Translations under genes and position numbers: made by a program
In this document: piece by piece, positions 1-12,124 of the stretch
Layout of the letters: every line of letters begins with the position of its first letter
Position numbering within the stretch: the stretch's first letter is position 1
DNA from: Hydrolagus affinis
Lineage: Eukaryota
DNA: 64,000 nt
NCBI GenBank assembly: GCA_012026655.1
Contig: JAAILG010000051.1
Span: 1-64,000, forward strand
Direction: 5' to 3'
The notes under the pieces: model-generated
Told to the model about the DNA's origin: nothing
What the model saw: the letters and a program-made list of their open reading frames with translations, nothing else
Database searches by the model: none

Positions 1-624
1 ACGTTTGCATTCTTATCATACATACATCTATATATAGTACTAACTTACTTGTTTTCTGCTATTGAAAATTACATTCTGCTATACAAATGTAATTTTGTTG
101 CAACCTAAACTGTTCAGGTATTGTATTTTGTTCACTGTGGCTAGTTTCCCATAACAATGGAACATTTACAGTTCAGCTGGAGAAATCCCAAAGTTGCAAC
201 AGTTGAATGCATTATGCCTACAGAGCTTTTCATTAAAATGTTGCTGAACATGAGGTTTATGCATGAACAAATGTGAGTTTCAAAAGTAAAGAATTTGTTG
301 TTTTTAATCTGAAGTGTGTCTAACTGTGTTAAAACCTAATGTTTTCCAATCTAGGGCATCAGTTTGTAATCACATTTGTAAACGTTTTTCAAGCAACCTG
401 AAGCCTCTCCAGTCTATCTGAAAAGTGTATGACAGGATTACAGATTAAGAGAACAGTTCCATCACATGTCACATTTAGAATCAATGACCCTGTTCTCAGC
501 CCACATTAAGTGCCACACTGGACAAGACCGATAAAAGACCATTTTTTTTGCACAGTTCATTGCAAAATGAATTTCACAGCATCGTATGAGACGCAAGATC
601 AAGCGACTGCTGATTGCTGATTAC

Positions 625-752
625 TATTTTCTCCCAGGCCCAGACACTCCATGATCTGCCACAGCTGAGATCAACTATTTTAGAGGAAACCAGGGATTGA
701 ACTGGGATGTTCTGGTCTGTTGAGCTCAGTTCCACACTGGGCATTGCTCTTG
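625..752 (-). mobile_element. Ancient tRNA-SINE fragment, AmnSINE2-like
   Basis: Reverse complement reads ...gtgtggaactgagctcaacagaccagaacatcccagttcaatccctgg...gttgatctcagctgtggcag, resembling the recalled AmnSINE2 head; shares ctgccacagctgagatcaact with the 2517 copy. Confidence 0.55.
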
Positions 753-1939
753 TGAATCGTGCTATTGATGAGACTTTTATTAAAATTGCATTCTTCTTTA
801 ATGGAAAACAATGAACCTGGCCATGATATTTTGTGTAGGAATTGTGAGTTTTCAAGTAGATTTTTCTGAACATAATTTGGGAATTTCTTCAATTTATTTA
901 TTTTCAAGCATAATTATCCTGCTGCTGCATATTCTATGTTTCTTTTTAACAACCCCTAGATCTATGATAGTGTTCATTCTGTACATTGTTTCATGTCTAA
1001 CATGTAGCATCTTGACTTATTATCAAAATATTGAATATAAACAGATTGACCCTATTTTTAAAAATATTTTCCAAATCTCAAATAAATTAAAATAGATGGG
1101 GATAAGGATAAGAACAGACTGAGATGATTAAATACTATATTGAACACACTCATTTTCATTTTGCTGGCACTATCGAAATGTCATCTGTGGAATGCAGTTG
1201 GTCAAGGTTAAAAAAAAATGTAATCAATATTGTAGAGTTTTGTTTGATTACCTCTGGGGCCTATAGAGATATTTCATAAAGTTTTATCTCCTTGGCAGTG
1301 TTACTGCTAGTTATTCACTCCTATCAGTAGATTAATTAAATTAGAGAGAATATGTGATGAAGCAAATGGTAATGGTCTGTTGGAAGGAAAAGGTGTGAGC
1401 AACTATATGAACTTTGGTTGTACCATGCTTTCTAATACTTATATGATCAATAAACAAATACCTTTAGAAATAGATTATCGCAAAATGTTATACATCAACA
1501 GCTATAATTGTAAGCTCAGCTAACACTGATGTTGCCACTACCAAAGTAATTTCAGACCAAACTATCCAGACTATTTATTAGACCATGTTTGATCCAATAA
1601 ATATGTTTTACAGTATCCTGTTTAGAAATCAAAACCTAATTAATCTTTTGCAAAAACGTTTCCATAGCTAAGATCTGGTCAGTTAGCAAACATCACAAGC
1701 TATTGAAAAATAAGTTACCAGCATGTTTAAGTCTTTTAAGAAATACTTAAACTGTAAAAACAGCCAACATAAAATTAATGAAACTACTTTGCCAGAAGAA
1801 AGAAAGCTTGCAGAAATGTAATTGATCTCCAGGAGCTTCAATCTATAGTTTCAATTGCACTCATCTTTTTTTATACAAAGCAATAAAAATGGCAACTGTA
1901 TATTCTGTAAAGAATCCCAATAAGCATCTAAATTGAAAT

Positions 1940-2070
1940 TGGTCATTTCAATTAGCTGCAGGGTTTTGCCAACAAATATACAGTCAATTCACTTTACAAT
2001 ATAATCTCTGAAGCGCTTTGAGATCAGAAGATGTAAAAAGCCCTATATTAAATGCAAACATTATTATAAT
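1940..2070 (+). mobile_element. 3' half of young tRNA/Deu-type SINE
   Basis: tacagtcaattcactttaca...gaagcgctttgagat...aaatgcaaacattattat matches the tail of the full copy at 36600. Confidence 0.8.
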
Positions 2071-2243
2071 TATGAATTGACACACAAATCGTATCCCGTT
2101 TCTCATATATTCTACACATAACAAAAAAAAACATTTTCAGAAGTAACTTTCAGCAGAATTTGTTTTACCGCCTGGTTGGAAATTGCACTGCTTGTTTAGT
2201 TCTATGAACAATTGAGGTGAATTTGCTTCTGTGCTTTTTACAG

Positions 2244-2352
2244 GCGAGGATAAACCCAGTGAATGTGACTCCTCCAATTTCAGCTGTGGACCAGGATAGA
2301 AACATTCAGCCAGCAGATGATCGTCCAGGGATTCTGTTCTCCATCCTCATCG
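2244..2352 (+). CDS. PCDH15: PCDH15 exon (~exon 9, EC3), 109 nt
   Basis: tttttacag|GCG...ATCG|gtttgt; [36 protein letters not shown](G). Confidence 0.95.
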
Positions 2353-2464
2353 GTTTGTAACTGCCAAATACTCTCCAGTTTGTATTTAGCCAATTGGACT
2401 AGAATTTATATGTAAGGACGCACTGGACCATAAGTTTTAAGTAGTGACTTAATTATGCTGGTCA

Positions 2465-2615
2465 CTCTTTTCCTCCCGAACTCCGACACACTGAACCTAG
2501 TGTACCATTCCTATTGCTGCCACAGCTGAGATCAACTGATTCACCACAGATTTGGCAGATTGAACCTAAGGAAAGCTATCTAACTAAATTACTTTGCTCT
2601 GCTGATGGGAGGGAA
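2465..2615 (-). mobile_element. Ancient SINE fragment, AmnSINE2-like, in a 323-nt intron
   Basis: ctgccacagctgagatcaact...gattgaacct shared with the 625-752 copy. Confidence 0.5.
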
Positions 2616-2675
2616 TGCTATGCCAATCATTTTGAAAAAGAAATAGTCATTCTAAACTGTATCATGTTGTTTCAG

Positions 2676-2788
2676 GGACTCCTGAGGATTATGTCAACTA
2701 CTTCTCTCTGAATAATACCACGGCAGAGCTACATCTCCTTCAACCAATAAACAGGGATTTACATCAGAAATTTGATTTAGTTATTAAG
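2676..2788 (+). CDS. PCDH15: PCDH15 exon (~exon 10, EC3), 113 nt
   Basis: tttcag|GG ACT...AAG|gtaatt; (G)[37 protein letters not shown]. Confidence 0.96.
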
Positions 2789-3721
2789 GTAATTTCACAT
2801 GAACATCTGTTGTTGTGATTGGGATGTTTGCTATTTATTGATAGTAATATTCACGAAAGGGAACTGAAATAATGTGCAACAAATACAGTATGTTGTTTAC
2901 AAGGCATATGAAATTGAAAGCTCAGGGAACATGAATGATCTGTTCTATACAAATATGCTGCACCATAATATTGAGGTTAACCGTGTTATACAAAACAATA
3001 TATTTACTCATCTCTTTATGTTGGAATGTGACTATTTTTTAGTAAAGTAAATGTTTCAATTAAATATTTATTTCACTCCTACCCCCCACCCCATCACCTC
3101 TCTTTGTCATGCTGAGCTTAAAAAGGAGTACATCATTTTTAAAAGCCAAAGCTATTTCTTAAACTGAGAAAGCTCAAAAAGGGGTTGTCAATCTAAAAGC
3201 AATTTTGCCATAATCCTTGACAGTGATGTTATACCAAGGCATGGAGTTAAGAATGTTGACATGAACATTAATGTTCATCCTGGGAGAGAGTTTCACACAG
3301 GGGTTAAACACAAATATTCACTGAATCCAATCCTCTTGGGTCTTCAGTAGTCTTGGTTCTTGCAGCAAAGCTTCAGAAGCCTCTTATTTTGAGAAATAAG
3401 TCAGGCCATCAGTTCTATTTCAAGATAACCATTATCTGCTGGAGATTAGTATCACCGCATCCCTACAGTAGGAACACTTACAAAGCTATTATCCCTCTTT
3501 GACGTATGGAGACATAGTGGTAAGGGCAAGGAATCAACGGTTTGTGGAATACTGATGAAGACAGGACTGAATGTGGCTAAAAGAAACATTTGCTCAAAGT
3601 GGAAATAATAAATTCAGTTTTAAATATTTTACTTGCATATAGCCTTTTTCTAAACTTTTTTTTGCAGAAAGCATGAAAATATTACAATATAAAATGCAAT
3701 TTTGCAACATTACACCAATAG

Positions 3722-4025
3722 TTAATAACAATAATAATCCTTGCATTTAATATAATGCTTTTCACATCTTCTAGAGATCTCAAGTGCTTGAAAGAATATA
3801 CTGTAAAGTGAATTGACTGTATATTTGTGGGAGAAACGAGGCAGCCAGTTGCACACAGCAGTGTCCCATAAACAGTTGTGGACTGAGTGACCCAATTTTT
3901 TTTGAGGGATTAATATTAGGCCTGTGGAGTAAGGAAACTTGCTTAATATCTCGCCTTTCTGGGAATCGAACCAGGTATCTCGCTTGCAAGGCGAGTGCTC
4001 TAATCACTGAGTTACAGGACTCCAC
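3722..4025 (-). mobile_element. tRNA-SINE, short (internally deleted) subfamily
   Basis: tRNA head with A/B boxes on - strand, Deu-type 3' segment, (ATT)n tail; homologous to 36600, 45917 and 56263. Confidence 0.9.
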
Positions 4026-6314
4026 TTTACTTCACCATAGCAATGTCTTCTGGAATTCCTTTCCAAAACCACTTTGTCTTATTACCTCTTGAATTGTGCG
4101 TTTGATCAACATCTTTAAATCTCATATGATTCTGCTCAGGATCTTCCACTATAGTCATCAAGCATTTAAGTGTTGTTTTATTTGAAAGGCACTATGTAAA
4201 TCTAAGTTGCTTTTTGCAGTTTTGATTGAATATGCACCTAACTCAGTGATGAATAAAATATTCATAAAAAGCAAATTAACAATCTGCAAATTCTTTGTAG
4301 ATACAATGTGCTAATCCATTGAATTTATTACACATTAGTTAATTAAGTCACTTTATATTGTGATTATCACCAGTATCCCTTGAATTCATGCTGTGAGATA
4401 AGCATGTTGTGAGGTTCGAAGTGTTTTAGATTTTTTCTCTTATCATTTGAAAACACTATTTCATATTCCATATGCCCATTCATAGTTGTTGCACAGCAGC
4501 GTAGATGAAGATATTGAAAAGCTGAGCATTCATTTTAGTGAAGAACCATACATGGAGCTATTAATTAGCTAATGTTGCAGCAATCAGAAGCAATGTATTC
4601 AATTAACTTTTAGCCAGCTGCTGTTTTAATGCAAGAGTGAACAACAAATCCAGCTTTCATTGTCCACCTCATCAGTCATCTTTTTTTACAGCTTGTGATC
4701 AGGTCAGTTAGCTCTTTTGACTAATCAATAATCTTTTGCTCATTTCCTCTTCAATCATCTCTGTCTAATGTAATCTTTTATATTTGTCTTTATTCGTGTG
4801 CTTTGGTTAATAATTTTACCGGGATTAATCTATTGTAATCAATGCTATCTTACAATTATTGCGATAATTACGATACATGATGAATAATTTGCCACATGGT
4901 TTAGCATTAAATGATATTCTTAGATCTATTATGTGATTTCTGTAACTAGTGCTTGCTCGACTCCAGACATGCAATCCAAACTACGTGTAATTCTATGTAA
5001 AAAGAAGTGGCGACAGTTGTATTGGGTAAATGCTACAGATATCTGCAATCTGCTCCAAAGTCATGCCCTCTGTGATCATTAGAACTTAGTCCTTGAACAC
5101 AGTACATTTAGTGTTTGCTTTGAATACATTCATTAACATTTTAGTTGAAATCTAATTTTATTTTGACTTTAATTGAACAAAAGAAGTTGGATATGAAATA
5201 AGTGACAAAATCCGTAAACTTAGATCTAAGCATATTATCATTTGTTAAGTATCTGCTGTGTGTAAAAATGTGTGTTCAGCAGTTTCCCTTGGCTTTCGAT
5301 AATGAATTTCTATTTACTAATGTAGTTCTGCATCCTTTCATATTTCTTTGAATTTCATGACATTCTCAATTTTAGAAAATGACTTTGGAGATATTATATG
5401 GGATCTCTATATGGCTTTATCCCCATCCACGCTGCAAAGGAAAGTATAGCAGTTCGGACTGTGAGCTACTTACAGAAATCAAACAAAAATTATGTTTCCG
5501 CTTTATATTGTTCTGGTTGTCCCGTTATTTTGAATCTGAATTACTGAAGGTCCTAAAAGAACCTATGGGAAACGAGTTTCTAAATTGATTCTGAATTTAA
5601 GAATCTGTCGGCGCAAGTTTAAATTTCTCCCCACAAGTCCAGTGCTCTTGCATTGAATGGTAGGGACATTTGACACATAGAACTATATCACTCTAAATGA
5701 ATATTGGTGAATGCATGCATGTCAAAGCTCTATAGCACATCTCCAACAGAGAAATCCTCTGTGGAGCAAGCATAGAAATAGGAATTGTATTGCTTGGTAT
5801 GGGGTGAATGTAAATGTTTAAAGATGGAAACCATTACCCAGAGAATACTGTTATAAACATGATTGCTTTCTTTAGAATATTTCCAGCAATACAGTTTGCT
5901 TCTATTGTGTTTAGGAATTGTAGTTTATGCAAGTAGTAATCCAATTGTGGTAAATTTGACTTTTTTTAAACTCTTCGTCAGGATTGGGGTGGATAGTTTA
6001 TAATAAATTGTACATTGTGCTATTGTAAAGTATGATCTTCTACAAGTGAATAGTTGTTAAAAATGTGTCACTGGATATCATTCACATGTTAAAAACCATA
6101 TTGTTAACACTTTTTAAAATAGGTTTCAGAAACATGATCTGATATCTATTGTGGTCTCCAATGAATAAACAGCTCTGGTGCTTTGATTTTCTATAAAAAA
6201 CGAAAGCGCTTTAGTCTAATAGATTTGCTTATTGCCATTGATTATATGTATATTGCAGAATAAGATCCAGGATTTCTTTTCAATGTATTCATTAATATTT
6301 ATCATCTTCATAAT

Positions 6315-7408
6315 TTTTTAGTTTGAACAACAAATGCATTTTGAAAATGGTTCTGACTGGAGGGAAGTGTACATTGGTGTACCCACAGGGATCAGTATTG
6401 GGACCACTGCTCTTTTTTTTAATATATATATAAATGATCTGGACTTAGATTATAGGGAGTACAATTTCCAAGTTTGCAGATGATACAAAGTTAGGAAAAA
6501 TAGTACATAGTGAGGAGGATAGTAGCAGACTGCAAGAGGACTTAAGACAGAATGGTTAAATAGGCGGACACATGGAAGATGAAGTTTAATGTGGAGAAAT
6601 GCGAGGTGATGCATTTTGGGAGGAAGAATGAGGAGAGGCAATATAGGCTAGATAGTACAATCTTAATAAGGGGGTGGGGAGGGGGTGGGTGAAGGAACAG
6701 AGAGAGCTGGGGATTCAGGTAAGTAAATCTTTGAAGGTGGCAGGACATGTAGGTAAGGCTGTCGAAAAAGCATACTGCATACTAGGCTTTATAAATAGGG
6801 GCATAGAGTACAAAATTCAGGAAGTTACGATTAGCCTGTATAAAACGCTGTTTAGGCCTCAGCTAGAGTACTATGTTCAGTTCTGAGCACCACACTTTAG
6901 GAAGGATGTTAAGGCATTGGAAAGGGTGCAGAGGAGATTACCAGAATGGTACAAGGAATGAGGGACTTCAGATATGAGGAAAGGAGAGGCTAGGATTATT
7001 CTCATTGGAGCAGAGAAGGTTACGAGGAGACCTAATAGAGGTTTTCAAAATCATGAGGGGATTCAATAGGGTAAACAGGGAAAAACTGTTTCCACTGGTG
7101 GGTATGTCAGTGTCCCAAGGTCGCACATTTAAAATAGTTTCTAAAAGAAGCAGAGGGGAGGTGAGGAGAATTTTTTTTGCACAGCGAGTTGTTCAAATCT
7201 GGAATGCATTGCCTGAAAGAATGGTGGAGGCTGATTTGATAACAACTTTTAAAAGAGAGGTGCAAGGTTATTTGGGGATGACAAGTTTGCGGGGTTATGG
7301 AGAGAGAGCCGGGGAGTAGGATTGACTTTGAATAGCTTTTTTCAAAGAGCCAGCACAACATGATGTGCCGAATGGATTTGTTTTGTGCTGTAAAATTCTA
7401 TGATTTAT
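6315..7408 (+). mobile_element. CR1 LINE, 5'-truncated (RT, C-terminus, 3' UTR), frameshifted
   Basis: GVP(Q)GSVLGPLLF..YINDL..SKFADDTKLG; YKTLFRPQLEY; RRLRGDLIEVFKIM; ends ...gaatgg...gtgctgtaaaattctatgatt, a shark-type CR1 tail. Confidence 0.95.
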
Positions 7409-7645
7409 TTTCATATTGCACTATTATATTGGTATTATATGAAACTGTTATTATTATCATACTTTAATATAGGTATTATAAAAATGAAATAGCAATTCTT
7501 ATTGCAACCTTGCCTGTTAAGAACTGCATGAATATTTTACTGAAAGCTCAGGCATTTCAGGAATAAGTATTCTGATAACTGATTTACTGTTAGCTCGTTC
7601 TTTAGATGTCAAAGATAGATTGTGATCCTCTTGTCTTTCACATAG

Positions 7646-7852
7646 GCAGAACAAGACAACAGGCATCCACTGCCAGTTTTTGCCAGTCTACACATAGAGG
7701 TCCTGGATGAAAACAACCAAGGCCCATATTTTACAAGATCCACCTATCAGGGCTTTATTATTGAGTCTGCTCCAGTGGGAACATCACTTTCCGACAGTAA
7801 AAATTTGACAATGCCTTTAAGAATTGTAGCACTAGACAATGATGTGGAAGAG
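7646..7852 (+). CDS. PCDH15: PCDH15 exon (~exon 11, EC3-EC4), 207 nt
   Basis: catag|GCA...GAG|gtgaga; [29 protein letters not shown]...ALDNDVEE. Confidence 0.96.
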
Positions 7853-8115
7853 GTGAGAGCTGCTGTTCATGGTTTTTTGTGTGTGTATATCTATATATAT
7901 TATTTACAAATCCAGTGTGCATTACGTGTTTACTTAAGCCCTGTTAATCACACCTGAATTGGTGCACTGTGTTTTAACCATCTAGAATCTACACTGTGGA
8001 ATGTTTTTCATTTCTAAAACTTTCATTAAAATGCTTTTTTATTGTAGTGCACATTTAATATGATTTCTGTTGCTTCTCTTTTTGTATGAATTTTCTTTTA
8101 TCTGTTCATTTGTAG

Positions 8116-8136
8116 GTTGCATCTGGTGCTACTCCT
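8116..8136 (+). CDS. PCDH15: Putative 21-nt alternative microexon (exon 12a counterpart), VASGATP
   Basis: Long U-rich tract + tgtag|GTT GCA TCT GGT GCT ACT CCT|gtaggt; phase 0-0; same length, position and terminal V/P residues as mammalian exon 12a (VPPSGVP). Confidence 0.8.
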
Positions 8137-9723
8137 GTAGGTATTCAGGGTGTGTGCATGTGAAGTGGTTTTGTCTTACGTGCAGCATGTTGTTTTGTCA
8201 TATAGTGGAATATGTCATTTTTACTTTCAAAGTAAATCATTGTGTTTGTAGTTTTGCTTCAATCTTAGAATTGCATATTTTTATTAATACAGTACTGTAT
8301 ATAGTAATATCTATATATGGGGGTGGGGAGGAATGTAGGTCTCCTTAGAACTGAACTGGCTCCATGGTGGCATGTTTGCCAAAGGAATGGCAGAATCGTA
8401 CCACTGCTGTGTGACAGTCTCAGTAGTCCAGCTCCTGATCCAAGTCCACAGTAATCCCAAGGCTTTGCTGATGGCAGCAGAGCCAGTTTGGCTCATTGCC
8501 AGGTAGTGTAGACCAGCTCCTGTTAACCCTGCAAGCCAAACTCCTAGTGTGTCCCAATGGATATTTTGGTCCTAGCTGGACAAATAGTGAGAAAGCTTGG
8601 TAGTCTCGATAGTCCAGTTCCTGATTCTGGTGGGTCCATAGTAGGCCAGGGCACTACCCATGACAGCACAGCCAGCTATATTTCAATGGATAGCATTTAT
8701 ATGTATGGGTAGGATGCATAGAGCTCTCAATTTGGTTAGGATACTGTAAAACATGGTGATGGGTTTCTGCAAATGTCAAACACCTGACTTACTCCCTAAA
8801 AAATTCAGACATATTGGCAAGACCTATCTTTCCAATGGGTAAAATGCTGTCTTATGAAGCATTTTGAGGGGTCCTTCTGATGTAAAAAGTGCTATGTCAA
8901 ATGAAAGAATTATCAAATAAAATTGATCATCGGGTTCAAGTGAGAGGAGATACTCTTGCTGAATACTAACAATGCATGATAGACTGGCAACCAATTTCTG
9001 GACCCACTTCAGCATGTTATTAAACACTTACTCCAGTATTGTTCTTTTTTATTCTTATTGATGAAATTGACCACATGTCAAGTTTCAAATCTCTTATGTA
9101 GGTGCTTTATAGAAGAGTTCTCTTTACATTCATAATGGGGAAAAATCCTTCTGGCTATTCACCCTTTATTGAAAATCCCTTTTAAAAGAGTAGTTTAAAT
9201 ATTACAAAAGTTAACTATTTGTGGGTAGTAAATGCCTGGTGGTATAATTGTTAGATAGTAAATTCAAATAATTTGATCTCCGTCAGTAATCTTAAGAAGT
9301 TAAAGACCAGGACTTAATAATGTTTTGATGGAGCTCAATAAAAGGGATAATGGTCATAAACGCACAGAACCATGTGAGTTTTACCACATTAGTTAAACAA
9401 TTTTATGAACGGATAGATTGTGTGCATTTTATTGATACTCTTCCTGGTTTTATTAAAATGAATCAGGGCTGTTAAATATAATTTATGATGAATGCATTTT
9501 TTAAAAACAAATTCCTTCACTTTTGATGATTTTAAGCAAGTGGTGATCTTACAATTTTTGTAATGTGTTTTTAAGTGAATGCTGTTTAGATCATTGCAAA
9601 TCATTTGCTTGGATGTAAATATTAAATGTTCTGGCTCCTACAAGCCACAATTCAAAAGCCAAAAAGTTAAACACTGGTCTGATGCTATAGGCTGGGTTAT
9701 TGAAAACAATTCTGATCATTTAA

Positions 9724-9910
9724 AGAAATCACTGGGAACACTCAGCAGGTCAGGCATTATCTATAGAGAAAGGAAAAGTGAGTCAACGTTTCGTGTCCAC
9801 AAAACATTGACTCACATTTCCTTTCTCCATAGATGATGCCTGACCTGCTGAGTGTTCCCAGTAATTTCTATCTTTGTTTCAAATTTGCAGCATCTGCAGT
9901 ATTTTGCGTG
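9724..9910. mobile_element. Palindromic non-autonomous repeat, probably Penelope pLTR-derived
   Basis: ~68-bp inverted arms (9724-9791 / 9802-9869) followed by ...tttgtttcaaatttgcagcatctgcagtattttgc; related fragments at 28720 and ~44490. Confidence 0.75.
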
Positions 9911-10385
9911 TTTGTCTGGTCATTTAAAGTTTACCTCATTACCCGTTTGGCAGCAGGAACATCCTTATTTATGGTGGTTGCTTATATCAATGGTGCTTGC
10001 AATTATAAAGCTTTTTTGCTCTAAATAGAAGGAACAACATTAAGTGTTTTTATCTTTTTTTGTGGTCAGCCACTAGTCTGACATCAGCAGAAACCCATCA
10101 CTGTGCTTGAGTCTCCCAACCAGACACATAAAAGGAAGTTAAAAATATTGTGAGGGAAAATTGATGTACGACTTGAAATTCCTTGAAATCTTTGTATCTA
10201 AAATATTGCTGAAGTACTTGTACACTTGGATCTTTCTAGCATTGTGAAGTGGTATTGCCAGAAATGTATCTATTTGTAAGGTTACGCATTAGATTGCCAG
10301 TGCTACGAATAAGGTATTCCAACAATAATTAACATTGCGATGCATGTTCAGTTGTACTATTCTTATCCCTTTTATATCTCTAAAG

Positions 10386-10520
10386 ACAAAAGATCCACAT
10401 CTGCGAATTTCAGTGAATGATTTCAGCACCGTATTTGGTGTAACTCCCAGTGGAATAACTCGTTACCTGACATTACTCAAGCCTGTTGACAGGGAGCACC
10501 AACAGAATTATACTTTCACA
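10386..10520 (+). CDS. PCDH15: PCDH15 exon (~exon 12, EC4), 135 nt
   Basis: ctaaag|ACA...ACA|gtaaga; [45 protein letters not shown]. Confidence 0.96.
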
Positions 10521-10836
10521 GTAAGAGATATTGTATGGCTTTTTTGCATAGGGAAGATGTCATTACTACCATTTAATGACCAAAAATAATCATAGTCTAT
10601 AATATTGAACCATACTATACTCTATAAACCTGGTATAGAATGTTTTTACTGTACTGTACCTACATTGAGATCTGAATTGGATTTGATGTTGAAAATATTT
10701 ACTGTTACTTTGTTGCAGCTTTACTGCATTTGTATTGCAGAAGTGGCAGTTATTTGCACAAAATCACTTTTAGTATATTTTTGTAGCAAGCCGTTAGAAT
10801 GCTCAGCTAATGGATTTCGTTATTTGTTTCTGGAAG

Positions 10837-10986
10837 ATGACTGCCTCTGATGGCGTTCAAGAGAGCACTTCTGTTATTGTCCATGTCTTTGTGATCGATG
10901 CAAATGACAATACACCAATTTTTCAAAACATCTCCTACAATGTGGATATCTATAATGACATGACGCCTGGAGAAACTGTTATACAG
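10837..10986 (+). CDS. PCDH15: PCDH15 exon (~exon 13, EC4-EC5), 150 nt
   Basis: tggaag|ATG...CAG|gtaggt; [29 protein letters not shown]...PGETVIQ. Confidence 0.95.
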
Positions 10987-11734
10987 GTAGGTAATCCATC
11001 CAAAACTGCAGCATTATGAAGCGATTTTCATTTTGTATGAATACAATCATTGTTCAAATCAATTTAGAGGTCATTTTGAAATTTGCACCTATTGTTATTT
11101 TTACCATTCTTCATGATATTAGAGAGGCAAAATGTCATATTGTCCTTGTGCATAATCCTGAAGCATAATAACGTAATGTAACTTTATTTTTGGGGAAAAA
11201 AAGCTCTTATTTATTTCTGTTATATCTTTAATTGGTAAGTAAAAATGTTGCCGTGAACAATTTTCACATTTTCAATCTTCTCCTTTCTCTACCGAGAGTA
11301 TTCAGGGTAAATCAGCAGATTTCTCTGCTGAAATCTAGGTTGTTATGTAATCTAGGCTCTATAAAAGCTCTACCTAGAATCACAAATAGCAAATTGGGAG
11401 TCACAAATTGAGACTCCATTTGGCAAGTGAAGTGCATCATGTTGAACTTCACAATGTATGACTGGTCACATTGTATTAATTATTGGTTGGTACAAAACAC
11501 TTTACCAGTTGGAATTTCTGTTTGTGAAACCGGCCAGCGAATACAACATGTTGGAAAGATATACTGTACTGAGCCTCAAAAACAGATAAAATATACATTC
11601 TAATAAACTGAAAATATGGCAGAATTAAACAATTGAGTTTTTAAACATATTGTTTATATCTCTGTATATGGTTGTACAGAAATATGTATCAGAAATAAAG
11701 CTGAATTCACTGTACTTTATCAAACCTTTGTCAA

Positions 11735-11795
11735 TATAATAATAATCCTCGCATTTGATATAGCACTTTTCACGTGTTCTAGACGTCTCAAAGCC
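11735..11795 (-). mobile_element. SINE 3' tail fragment
   Basis: aataataatcctcgcatttgatatagcacttttcacgtgttctagacgtctcaaagc. Confidence 0.8.
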
Positions 11796-12124
11796 GAATG
11801 AATCATATGCAAGCACATATATATGTAACCAAAGGCATATTAATCTTGTACCACATTAATCATACTAATTATTCATCAAGAACATTTCGCATCTGCTTAT
11901 AAAAGATGAAAGTCACTATGGACCTAAATGTAATTAAAGAGAATTTTGTAGTGTGAATAATAGCCTCCAGTGTAATATTTAACCCAGGAAATACTAATAT
12001 ATTGAATTTGTTGATTAGAAGAAGCAATAAGAATATGCTTTTTTTAATATGGTAGATTTGTTAATGGCTTTATCAATATAATAGAGCTGCATTGTTTATT
12101 AACAAAACATGTAGGTGCCAGCGC

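Noticed and set aside
1-2243. Preceding PCDH15 exon (DGDDLGP...C..C loop)
   Set aside because: No matching coding sequence found; presumably upstream of the window.
6315-7408. Active retrotransposon or domesticated RT gene
   Set aside because: 5'-truncated with frameshifts and stops; the same applies to the L2 RT at 63445-64000 (frameshifts, YTDD in place of YADD).
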